From Octopus bimaculoides (Eukaryota): a stretch of DNA of 64,000 nucleotides. This document shows positions 50,770 to 61,663 of this stretch, piece by piece. The notes under the pieces are model-generated. The model saw nothing but the letters and a program-made list of their open reading frames with translations. It had not been told where the DNA came from and made no database searches. The DNA is taken from NCBI RefSeq assembly GCF_001194135.2, contig NC_068990.1, positions 7,357,599-7,421,598 on the forward strand. The letters are read 5' to 3'. Within the stretch, counting starts at the first letter, position 1; each line of letters begins with the position of its first letter. The translations under genes and the position numbers were made by a program.

Positions 50770-51701
50770 CGTAAGTATTGACATCAATCATATACATAAA
50801 TGACACAACATATATATTCCCATACATGTAACAGACCGAAAGGAAGTTTTACTACAGCCAACCGCTCCTTTATAATAAACGTTTGTGCTTTTGTCATAAC
50901 TTTCTTAAGATCGTATATCAACTGGCTGAACTGCGATGTAAATGAAAATAGCAATATCACATTGCTTAATAAAAGATTACATGAAATCGAAATATACAGA
51001 ATTTGCTTTGTCTCCTCTTCACACACACACCTTTCTCCTTACCCCCTCTCCCTCTATGTGTCACCCTCTCCTCTACCGAACCGAAGACAACTTGGCTGAA
51101 ACTCGGAAGATTAAAAGGACGTTTGTAAAATGATTTGATATAAAAATGTCACCAGTCATAGCAGAACTGACGGAGAGGCAATCAACCCGCTGCACAAATC
51201 TGTTGGCCTATAATTTACTCTTAGTAAGTCCTTTCTCAAATGCTTATGAAAACGATTGACTAGTTCTTAGCGGAAGACCAATATTTCCACATCAAAAACA
51301 AGGCGACATAATTAAATTTAAAAATATGTGCAAATAGCGTCTACTGAAATCTAAGTATAATTTTGATATCTTTGATTTTTGCGCCATTTTTCTTGCTTTC
51401 ATAACCGTACTTCTCTCCGTCTCAAACGTATCTGGATACATATACAATGACATACACTCCAACATGTAAAAAAAAAAAAAACCTTCCCTCCGTCCCCAAC
51501 GGACATAATCAATCATTTTTTTTGTTACTTTCCCTCTTTATTTCTCCATTACTTTTTCTCTCCTAGGCATATCTAGATAGTACATCACTTTCAATATATA
51601 CTTGGTCTCACTATCCTTCTTGTTGTCTCTCTCTTCGTACACTGGACACACACACACACACAAGCACGCTATTTGCTATCGCTTTCACCCTTATTGCATT
51701 T

Positions 51702-51734
<33 letters not shown>

Positions 51735-52055
51735 ANNNNNNNNNNNNNNNNNNNNNNNNNNNNNNNNNNNNNNNNNNNNNNNNNNNNNNNNNNNNNNNNN
51801 NNNNNNNNNNNNNNNNNNNNNNNNNNNNNNNNNNNNNNNNNNNNNNNNNNNNNNNNNNNNNNNNNNNNNNNNNNNNNNNNNNNNNNNNNNNNNNNNNNNN
51901 NNNNNNNNNNNNNNNNNNNNNNNNNNNNNNNNNNNNNNNNNNNNNNNNNNNNNNNNNNNNNNNNNNNNNNNNNNNNNNNNNNNNNNNNNNNNNNNNNNNN
52001 NNNNNNNNNNNNNNNNNNNNNNNNNNNNNNNNNNNNNNNNNNNNNNNNNNNNNNN

Positions 52056-52087
<32 letters not shown>

Positions 52088-52331
52088 TTCAGGAATATTT
52101 ACTGTAGGAAGTGCCCATTAACACTGTTCATCGGCGGCAGATTCATTTCAAGTGGTACAGGAAATATAAGTTTAAAAAAAAATAAAACATGATGAGAATG
52201 CAAAGGAGGAGGGGTAGGGTGGGAAGAAGCGAAAGGGAGAAAAAGAGAGATGCCTTTGATCCTCTCTAACCAAGTTATTGTTTTGTATATATGTGTATAT
52301 ATATATCTGTCTGCATGTCTGTGTGCTGGTG

Positions 52332-52363
<32 letters not shown>

Positions 52364-52523
52364 TGTATGTATCTATGTATGTATTTATGTGCATATCTGC
52401 GTATAGGCATATTCATAAGTACTATACACACATGTGTATGTATATCTCTATGCATGCATATATAATATGCATGCATAGATGTGTTTGTATGTATATGCAT
52501 ATACACGAATATATATGTATGTT

Positions 52524-52619
52524 GGGTATCTAAAAGATACCACCGTGCCAGAGATAGCAGTCAAAACTTGACTCGAAACATCACTCTATCTCTAGCATGG
52601 TGATATCTTTTAGATACCC
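52524..52619. repeat. 34-bp inverted repeat (31/34 match) with 28-bp spacer; possible MITE
   Basis: GGGTATCTAAAAGATACCACCGTGCCAGAGATAG ... CTATCTCTAGCATGGTGATATCTTTTAGATACCC, followed by TTAA. Confidence 0.8.
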
Positions 52620-52958
52620 TTAATTATAATTTTGATAATAATTATTACCTATAAGATTTTTATTCCCATGCTGGCTACTTGATATGATCGGTATTTTGAA
52701 TAACGATCTTATCCTTATTTATATGAATTTATATATATATATATATAAATATATAGCGAGATGTACTTGCATAGCAAGCGACCTGATCTGAGATCGTGTG
52801 CTGGAACGAAAACAATTGCTGCGTGGAAGGTGTTTATAAGCCTTTTAAGAAACACACAAAAACCGTTAGATTCACTTCAACATTCAAATTTAATTTGCCA
52901 AAATATTTTCGTCGCTTTGAGACCGCGACCTGTTCACTGACAAAATTCTGTGCTGCAT

Positions 52959-53007
<49 letters not shown>

Positions 53008-53429
53008 AGCAGTTTGCTATGTTACACCATAAAGGAGAATTATAGTTGTCCCTAAGTGTGACTAGGGTGTTAGAAACACCCACATTGCTAAAAATAAGAG
53101 CTAAAATGCTCTAATGCTGCTGTCGACGCGCATTAATGTAAACACATTTACTAACAAGAACCTTAATCGTCCGAAAAAGGCCGGTCGACAATTCCTAATA
53201 CTGACATCAGTCTCGGCAATTTCCGTTTCCTCATCAGTTAAGACTGGCTCGAACATCGGCTCTTTTCGGATTCGATTCGCTATTAGTATATATGTTTACG
53301 TCATTCAAACAATGGATGATTCAGCGATTCGCTAATGTGTATGTATAAAATTAATATAAAAAGCAGTTTGCAATGTTTCACCAAAAAGGAGAATTACAAA
53401 TGTCACTAAATGTAACAAGGGTCTTAGAA
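53008..53429 (-). mobile_element. Retrozyme-like unit: 354-bp period, 68-bp terminal redundancy, central hammerhead
   Basis: Direct repeats 53008-53075 and 53362-53429 match at 57/68 positions. HHR at 53193-53243. Homologous to about 19700-19985. Confidence 0.6.
53193..53243 (-). ncRNA. Type I hammerhead motif with an A14G core substitution
   Basis: The - strand reads TCTTAA-CTGATGA-GGAAA-CGGAAA-TTGCC-GAGA-CTG-ATGT-CAG-T-A-TTAGGA. Stem I has 6 pairs, stem III has 4 bp, the triplet is GUA, and stem II has 4 of 5 pairs. Confidence 0.72.
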
Positions 53430-53507
53430 TTTTTAGCTGAATGAATGAATCCCAGTCTTCTTTTTTGTTTTTGGAATGTCTGGCACATTATATCGAAATT
53501 TTTTGCC

Positions 53508-53690
53508 GAACCACTAAGTTACGAGGATGTAAACACACTAACGCCGATCGTCAAGAGATGGTGGGGAACAAACACAGACAGAAAAATACACACACACACA
53601 CGATGGGCTTCTTTCAGTTTTCGTCTACCAAATCTACTCACATGGTTTTGGTCGGCTCGAGGCTATAGTAGAAGACACCTGCCGAAGGTA
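53508..53690 (-). mobile_element. SINE family B, partial
   Basis: gccgaaccactaagttacg...gggcttctttcagtttt...ctatagtagaagacac. Confidence 0.8.
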
Positions 53691-53879
53691 CGACATATAA
53701 TAGGGGTTTTTAAGACATTGAATGGCTGTTGGGGTCCAGTAGAGTAAAACAGGAACCAGAGAGGTTTATAGCTGAAAATGGTTGAGAAGCACTTTTCTAA
53801 ATAGTTAAATTTACTTTGCTGAACTAATTAAACATTCGAAGATTGTAATGAGTAAACTTGATTGAATATACAAGCGTTT

Positions 53880-54697
53880 GCATGCACACACATACGCACA
53901 CTCGAACGAACGATCGATCGATCGATCCATCCATCCATCCATTCCTGTTAGTCTGTCTCTGTTTGTCTGTCTGTCTGTCTCTGTTTGTCTGTCTGTCTGT
54001 CTCTCTATCACTCTCGTTTCTCTCTCTCTCACTCTGTCTCTCCATCGATTCATCGATCCATCCATCGATTTATCTATCAATCCATCCAATCTGTCCGTCC
54101 GTCCGTCCGTCCGTCCGTCCGTCCGTCCGTCCGTCCGTCCGCCTGTCTGTCTGTCTGTCTGCCTGACCGTCTGTCCGTCTGTCTGGCTGTTTGCCAGTTT
54201 GTTTGTCAGTCTCTGTCTCTGTCTCTCTCTTTCTCTTTGTCTCCATCTATTCATCCATCCATCAATCCATCCAGTCTGTCAATCTGTCTATCCATTCGCC
54301 TGTCTGACTGTCTGTTTGACTGTCTGTCTGTCTGTCCATTTTCTCTCTCTGTGTCTCTGTGTCTCAGTCTGTCTGTCTCTTTCTCTCTACGTCGATTTAT
54401 CTATCAATACATTCAGTCTGTCTGACTGTCCGTCTGTCTAACTGTCTGTCTGTCTGTCTAACTGTCTGTCTAACTGTCTGTCTAACTGTCTGTCTGTCTG
54501 TCTAACTGTCTGTCTGTCTGTCTGACTGTCCGTCTTTCTGTGTCTGTCTGATCGTCCGTCCGTCCGTTTGTCTGTCTGTCTGTCAGTCTGTATGTCTGTC
54601 TGTCTGAATCTCTCTCTGTCCTGTTTGTCTCTCCGTCTCTGTCTGTCTGACTGTCTGTCTCTCTCTCTCTCTTTCCCTCTCTCTCTCTCTGTCTCTG

Positions 54698-54772
<75 letters not shown>

Positions 54773-54780
54773 GTATGTGT
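53880..54780. repeat. Approximately 900-bp compound tetranucleotide array (GATC, TCCA, TCCG, TCTG, TCTA, CT)
   Basis: Contiguous pyrimidine-rich low-complexity blocks. Confidence 0.9.
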
Positions 54781-55307
54781 GTATGTGTGTGTTTACATGA
54801 GCGCGTTCATTTACAAATATTATATATATTACTATATAAATACTCAACGCAGTGAGTAGGTACAATGTCACCACCGAAGCGAAATGTTCAGAAATCCGTA
54901 ACGAAAACAAGCGAAGACTATATTATGTGATATTGATTAATAATATTTTTCTCTTTTACTTACAACAAAATTATTTGTAGTAAGCGTTTTACTGTTCCAT
55001 GTATATAAACTGCTAACAACACTTTAACAGAAGGAAACCCCACTCTCACTCAGAATATTGTTTCTGAAGATAAAGAATCATTGCCTCTCCTTCTCGCTTT
55101 ATGCTACCCGCCACCGTCAAGCAGTAACAGATCCAGGCGATTCAATAGTTAACCAGAACACACACACCATACATGTACACAAGCATGCAGTCATGTGCGT
55201 AAAAAGCATGAGGCTTGTTAGGAAGAAACCTTCATTAGAAAAATAACCGGTCATAAAGTTAGACGGAAAAAGTATTGCACGAAATGAAAGTAATGGTTTC
55301 AAATATC

Positions 55308-55518
55308 GGTACAAGGCCAGTCATTTCGGGCGAGGTATATAAGTCGATTACAGCACCACCCACTCCAGTGCTCAACTGGTACTTATTCCTATCGACCTCG
55401 AAAGGATGAAAGGCAAAGTTGACCTCGGCAGAATTTGAACTCAGAATGTGAGGACGGACGAATTGCCGCTAAGCATTTTGTCCGGCGCGGTAACGATTCT
55501 GCCCGCTCAGCGCCTTAA
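55308..55518 (-). mobile_element. SINE family A copy
   Basis: aagtcgattac...gaaaggatgaaaggcaaagttgacctcggcagaatttgaactcagaa...gcgcctt. Confidence 0.85.
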
Positions 55519-55789
55519 AAGCGAACTGATAATAATAATCTATAATAAGTTGTTTTCACCGCAAATACACTCACGCACACGCACACACACACACACACAC
55601 ACATACATACACAAACACACACATACATACATACATACATACATAATACATATGTAAATGCGCACGTCGAGACACACTCTTATATAAACAAACACATATT
55701 TTTATCTTTTATTTTATCTGTTTCAGTCTTTGGGCATCAAGCTATTCCTGAAAGAAGGAGATATAAAAATCGTCAAATTCATACTGAAC

Positions 55790-55857
<68 letters not shown>

Positions 55858-55932
55858 CGTGTGTGTGTGCGTGTGTGTAGGTGTGTGTTTAGAATATGTT
55901 GCTAGCTGGAACAGATTCTGGCCATCTCTTTC

Positions 55933-56002
55933 GCGACCAGGTGTTTGCGACTGAGGATAAGCAAACTAGCGCGAAACCGAAACGGTCCCGTGATCCTGTC
56001 GT
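55933..56002 (+). ncRNA. Type I hammerhead motif with intact core and extended stem I but degenerate stem II
   Basis: GCGACCAGG-TGT-TTGCGA-CTGAGGA-TAAGCAAACTAGCGC-GAAA-CCG-AAA-CGG-T-C-CCGTGA-T-CCTGTCGT. Stem III is perfect and the triplet is GUC. Confidence 0.6.
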
Positions 56003-56217
56003 CTGCTGGTGGATAGTAGGGGTCCACTCCCTTGCTAGCAGTATATTTGTACAGGGTGCTGTGCTACCCCGATAACCAGCTGGCGTAAGATCTACCTGAG
56101 GTTAAATTTGTAGTAACATAGAACACTGATGTGGCGATTAATATTACTTGTACTTGTTTGTATAGTTACTGCTCTTGTCTCTTATAGAGATTTTACAATA
56201 TATATATATATATATAT

Positions 56218-56616
56218 GTGGCTGTGTAGTAAGTAGCTTGCTTACCAACCACATGGTCCCGGGTTCAGTCCCACTGCGTGGCATTTTGGGCAAGTGTCTT
56301 CTACTATAGCCTCGGGCCGATCAAAGCCTTGTGAGTGGATTTGGTAGACGGAAACTGAAAGAAGCCCGTCGTATATATGTATATATATATATGTATGTGT
56401 GTATGTGTTTGTGTGTCTGTGTTTGTCCCCCCAACATCGCTTGACAACCGATGCTGGTGTGTTTATGTCCCCGTAACTTAGCGGTTCGGCAAAAGAGACC
56501 GATAGAATAAGTACTAGGCTTCTAAAGAATAAGTCCTGGGGTTGATTTGCTCGACTAAAGGCGGTGCTCCAGCATGGCCACAGTCAAAAGACTGAAACAA
56601 GTAAAAGAGTAAAAGA
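56218..56616 (+). mobile_element. tRNA-derived SINE family B, near full length
   Basis: GTGGCTGTGTAGTAAG A-box head, GGTTCAGTCCC B box, central (TA)/(TG) tract and GTAAAAGA-repeat tail. Confidence 0.92.
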
Positions 56617-57641
56617 AAAAGAGTATATGTTGCCTTCGAAACGCGGAATAGATGAAACAGGGACAACTGACGAAGGGCTATACTCTTTATGTTGCATGTC
56701 TCGTTTCTGTGTTTGTTTTTTCGTTGCTCGAAAAATGTTCGTTTTCTATGTTTTCGTTTCTCATTGTGTCTAACGTTTTTTTGATGTCCTGTACCCATAT
56801 ATGCATGTATGCATACATATAGATGTAGGTATGTACATATATGTATGGATATATGCATATATATATATAAATATATANNNNNNNNNNNNNNNNNNNNNNN
56901 NNNNNNNNNNNNNNNNNNNNNNNNNNNNNNNNNNNNNNNNNNNNNNNNNNNNNNNNNNNNNNNNNNNNNNNNNNNNNNNNNNNNNNNNNNNNNNNNNNNN
57001 NNNNNNNNNNNNNNNNNNNNNNNNNNNNNNNNNNNNNNNNNNNNNNNNNNNNNNNNNNNNNNNNNNNNNNNNNNNNNNNNNNNNNNNNNNNNNNNNNNNN
57101 NNNNNNNNNNNNNNNNNNNNNNNNNNNNNNNNNNNNNNNNNNATATATATATATATATATATATACGCACATACATAGATACATACAAACAAACATATTC
57201 AAATTGAGGGAGTTGCAAACCGTTCCACTCCCTCAATTTGTATTTTTATTTACATTCATATCAACTTGCGTTGCTAACCGTGAGCAATACAGAAACAGTC
57301 AACTTATCGAATTTCCTTGTTAACTTCGATATGGCAATAAGTGTGTAACCATCGACGCCGATAAACTGTTATTATTCTTGATCCAACACTGTCCACTTTT
57401 TGTTTGCTTTTTATCCCTACCACGGTCTACTTGAAGCTTACAAACTTCTTACTCTTAGATCCCTGGATCCTAAACTTATATAGGGATATCTCACCTACAT
57501 AAAAAAAACATGCATATACGTACATGCATACATACATACATACATACATACAGACAGACAGACAAAGACACACACACAGCACACTCACGTGGGCGAGCGC
57601 ACACACACACACGCAAAACGCGCTCACACACGCACGCACAC

Positions 57642-57795
57642 GGCGGGCTTATTCCAGTTTCTGTCTACCAAATCCTGTAATAAGGGTTTACTTGGCCTAG
57701 GATTAAAGTAGGCACTTGCCCGAGTTACAATGCAGTGGAACTGAACCTGGATGCATATGTGTTTGGGAAACCGACTTCTTACCAAACAGCCACAC
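57642..57795 (-). mobile_element. SINE family B, 5-prime half, degenerate
   Basis: cggcgggcttattccagtttctgtctaccaaatc...cacttgcccgag...gcagtggaactgaacc...accaaacagccac. Confidence 0.7.
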
Positions 57796-57807
57796 CCGCG
57801 ATACACA

Positions 57808-57849
<42 letters not shown>

Positions 57850-58854
57850 CACATATGTACATGTATGTATGTATGTATGTATGTATGTATATATATNNNN
57901 NNNNNNNNNNNNNNNNNNNNNNNNNNNNNNNNNNNNNNNNNNNNNNNNNNNNNNNNNNNNNNNNNNNNNNNNNNNNNNNNNNNNNNNNNNNNNNNNNNNN
58001 NNNNNNNNNNNNNNNNNNNNNNNNNNNNNNNNNNNNNNNNNNNNNNNNNNNNNNNNNNNNNNNNNNNNNNNNNNNNNNNNNNNNNNNNNNNNNNNNNNNN
58101 NNNNNNNNNNNNNNNNNNNNNNNNNNNNNNNNNNNNNNNNNNNNNNNNNNNNNNNNNNNNNNNNNNNNNNNNNNNNNNNNNNNNNNNNNNNNNNNNNNNN
58201 NNNNNNNNNNNNNNNNNNNNNNNNNNNNNNNNNNNNNNNNNNNNNNNNNNNNNNNNNNNNNNNNNNNNNNNNNNNNNNNNNNNNNNNNNNNNNNNNNNNN
58301 NNNNNNNNNNNNNNNNNNNNNNNNNNNNNNNNNNNNNNNNNNNNNNNNNNNNNNNNNNNNNNNNNNNNNNNNNNNNNNNNNNNNNNNNNNNNNNNNNNNN
58401 NNNNNNNNNNNNNNNNNNNNNNNNNNNNNNNNNNNNNNNNNNNNNNNNNNNNNNNNNNNNNNNNNNNNNNNNNNNNNNNNNNNNNNNNNNNNNNNNNNNN
58501 NNNNNNNNNNNNNNNNNNNNNNNNNNNNNNNNNNNNNNNNNNNNNNNNNNNNNNNNNNNNNNNNNNNNNNNNNNNNNNNNNNNNNNNNNNNNNNNNNNNN
58601 NNNNNNNNNNNNNNNNNNNNNNNNNNNNNNNNNNNNNNNNNNNNNNNNNNNNNNNNNNNNNNNNNNNNNNNNNNNNNNNNNNNNNNNNNNNNNNNNNNNN
58701 NNNNNNNNNNNNNNNNNNNNNNNNNNNNNNNNNNNNNNNNNNNNNNNNNNNNNNNNNNNNNNNNNNNNNNNNNNNNNNNNNNNNNNNNNNNNNNNNNNNN
58801 NNNNNNNNNNNNNNNNNNNNNNTATATATATATATATATATACATATACCACAT

Positions 58855-58904
<50 letters not shown>

Positions 58905-59900
58905 TTGTATGTGTGTGTTTGTAAGTATATTTATATATATAAATGGGTACATTCTTGCATACATTACGTACACACACACACACACACATACACACACACA
59001 CACACATACATGTATATACATGCACGCATGCAATCAGTATTACATTCTAATTCCCAGATATTATTTCTGATACGTTATTTAGCAGAATATCGGTTTATAT
59101 CAAAATGTAACTTACACTCGAGAGAGGAGGTGGGAGTCAACGTCGGGAACACAATGAATCCTATCGCTGGGAAATAATAAATAACATTATTAATTGTTGT
59201 ATATTCGTTCAATTAATCAACAGAACGTATCCGCTTGTTACCAGGCTTGAAGGGATCGACGTCATTTTTTTTTCGACGTGTCTACGCATTACGCACACGA
59301 TAATAATTACATACGTACGTGCACACGTGCGTACATACATCCATACATAAGAACTCGCACATTCATATATATATATATATATATATAATACATGTGTATA
59401 TATATATATATGCGTATATATATGTATATATATATGTATATATGCATATATGTATATACAAATATATAAATATATATATGTATATATATATAAATATATA
59501 AATGTATATATATATATGTACACACACACACACACACACATACACACACATATATATATAGATATGCATATATAAAGGCATACACAAATACACGCATATA
59601 CATACTGTGGTGTGTATTCATGTATTGTTTCTCTCATTTCTCTTCTCTCTGTATGTGTGTGTGTGTGTGTGTGTGTGTTTGTGTATGCGTAAGTGCTTAT
59701 GTATATGTATTCAAGGCGGTGCTCCAGCTTGGACCGAAACGAAAAAAGATGTAATAGCATATATATAGATATACATACGCATTGACGCGCGCGCAGGCAC
59801 ACACACTCACACACACGTGCATGCATTTACATATGTATGGATGTATACATATGTATTTATGTATGTGTGTGAGTGTGTTTGTGTATATATATACATAAAT

Positions 59901-59982
<82 letters not shown>

Positions 59983-60434
59983 TTGTATGCATGTATGTAT
60001 GCATATATATATATCTAAAGGTACATGCCAACNNNNNNNNNNNNNNNNNNNNNNNNNNNNNNNNNNNNNNNNNNNNNNNNNNNNNNNNNNNNNNNNNNNN
60101 NNNNNNNNNNNNNNNNNNNNNNNNNNNNNNNNNNNNNNNNNNNNNNNNNNNNNNNNNNNNNNNNNNNNNNNNNNNNNNNNNNNNNNNNNNNNNNNNNNNN
60201 NNNNNNNNNNNNNNNNNNNNNNNNNNNNNNNNNNNNNNNNNNNNNNNNNNNNNNNNNNNNNNNNNNNNNNNNNNNNNNNNNNNNNNNNNNNNNNNNNNNN
60301 NNNNNNNNNNNNNNNNNNNNNNNNNNNNNNNNNNNNNNNNNNNNNNNNNNNNNNNNNNNNNNNNNNNNNNNNNNNNNNNNNNNNNNNNNNNNNNNNNNNN
60401 NNNNNNNNNNNNNNNNNNNGTCCGTCGTGGATAT

Positions 60435-60489
<55 letters not shown>

Positions 60490-60490
<1 letters not shown>

Positions 60491-60608
60491 CTACGACGGG
60501 TTAGGATTTGGTCGTCCCGAGGCTCTAGTAGAAGACATTTGTACAAAGTGCCACGCAGTGGAACTGAATCCGGAAGCATATGCTTGGGAAGCAAGTTCCT
60601 CGGCTATT
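60490..60608 (-). mobile_element. SINE family B, 5-prime half, degenerate
   Basis: ctagtagaagacatttgtacaaagtgccacgcagtggaactgaatcc. Confidence 0.7.
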
Positions 60609-60953
60609 TTCAATAAATAATTATGTCTGTGTTCGTGTGTTTGAGTAGTATACTTTTATAAATCATTACATCATATTATATTAAATATATTCATATTCAA
60701 CAAGTAGTGAGAAAAAAACAAAAAAACTCTGTAACACAGATCACCAGCCTCGTGACGTCACATGCATTTCTCTATACGCAGTTCTTGGACTTTACATAGA
60801 TCATACATCTTTAGGCTCGTTTGCGATAGATTGGTACCTATTCGCATTACGTAGCAATCGAAGCTAGCAAAGCAGATGATCATAGTGAAGATTATGTTGG
60901 TGATGGTGGTGGTGGTGGTGGTGATAGTGGTGGTGGAGGTGATGGTGGTGATG

Positions 60954-60986
<33 letters not shown>

Positions 60987-61552
60987 ACAATAACTAGAAC
61001 AATACACGGTTGAAGGACAAATAACTTTAATAATGATAAATCCAAGGAGGTGAAAAGCAGGAAGAAATGATGAAACAATCCCTTGCTTCAGTCCGTTTGC
61101 CACATTTTTTTTTCTCGAGAATATATACAATCATTTGATGTAGAATAAATTGCCACCAATTGAGAAAAAAAAAAATAAGTGCAGGTAACACTCAAAGAGC
61201 ACCGAAGGCTATTTGATCACTGATAAAACGGTAATAAAGAAATGCAAGACACAACGGACTAAGCTGTGCTCGGCGTGTGTTGCTATAATTTACTATAGAA
61301 CATATCGATAGTGGTATTCGTTGTAACACTGTGTTCGAACCAACGAACGCAATGCATCTACTATATATTGGAAGGTACAAAAAAACAGGTAATCGCTGAC
61401 GACGTCTGAAAAATTGATTTAAGGCATTTGTTTCGGCACTTTACCTTCTGTGGTCAAACTTTGCTTTGCATTTCCCCGAGATCGATTTAATAAATTACCT
61501 GTCAAATATCACTGTTAATAGCATCGACGAACTCTCCTTTGAAAATTGTTAC

Positions 61553-61604
61553 CCTCCTCCTCCTCCTCCTCCTCCTCCTCCTCCTCCTCCTCCTCCTCCT
61601 CCTC

Positions 61605-61647
<43 letters not shown>

Positions 61648-61663
61648 TCATCATCATCATCAT
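61553..61663. repeat. Compound trinucleotide repeat (CCT)18(CGT)13(CAT)6
   Basis: Read directly from the sequence. Confidence 0.95.

Larger units (their letters stand above)
7897..60419. other. 17 assembly gaps (N runs) scattered across this interval, most abutting microsatellites
   Basis: N runs start near 7897, 15740, 20923, 22329, 23383, 25058, 32984, 34683, 37420, 40359, 42319, 48827, 50546, 51736, 56878, 57897 and 60033. Long ORFs in the track that span X runs are artefacts. Confidence 0.95.

Noticed and set aside
15496-60620. Long ORFs in the track (up to 480 aa) made of X runs and HT/YI/CV/LS dipeptide repeats
   Set aside because: They are translations of N gaps and microsatellites, not genes.
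60753-60760. Perfect CRE palindrome TGACGTCA on the TH side of the window
   Set aside because: The TH promoter is not located in the window. About one such 8-mer is expected by chance, and another lies inside a mariner relic at 24432-24439.
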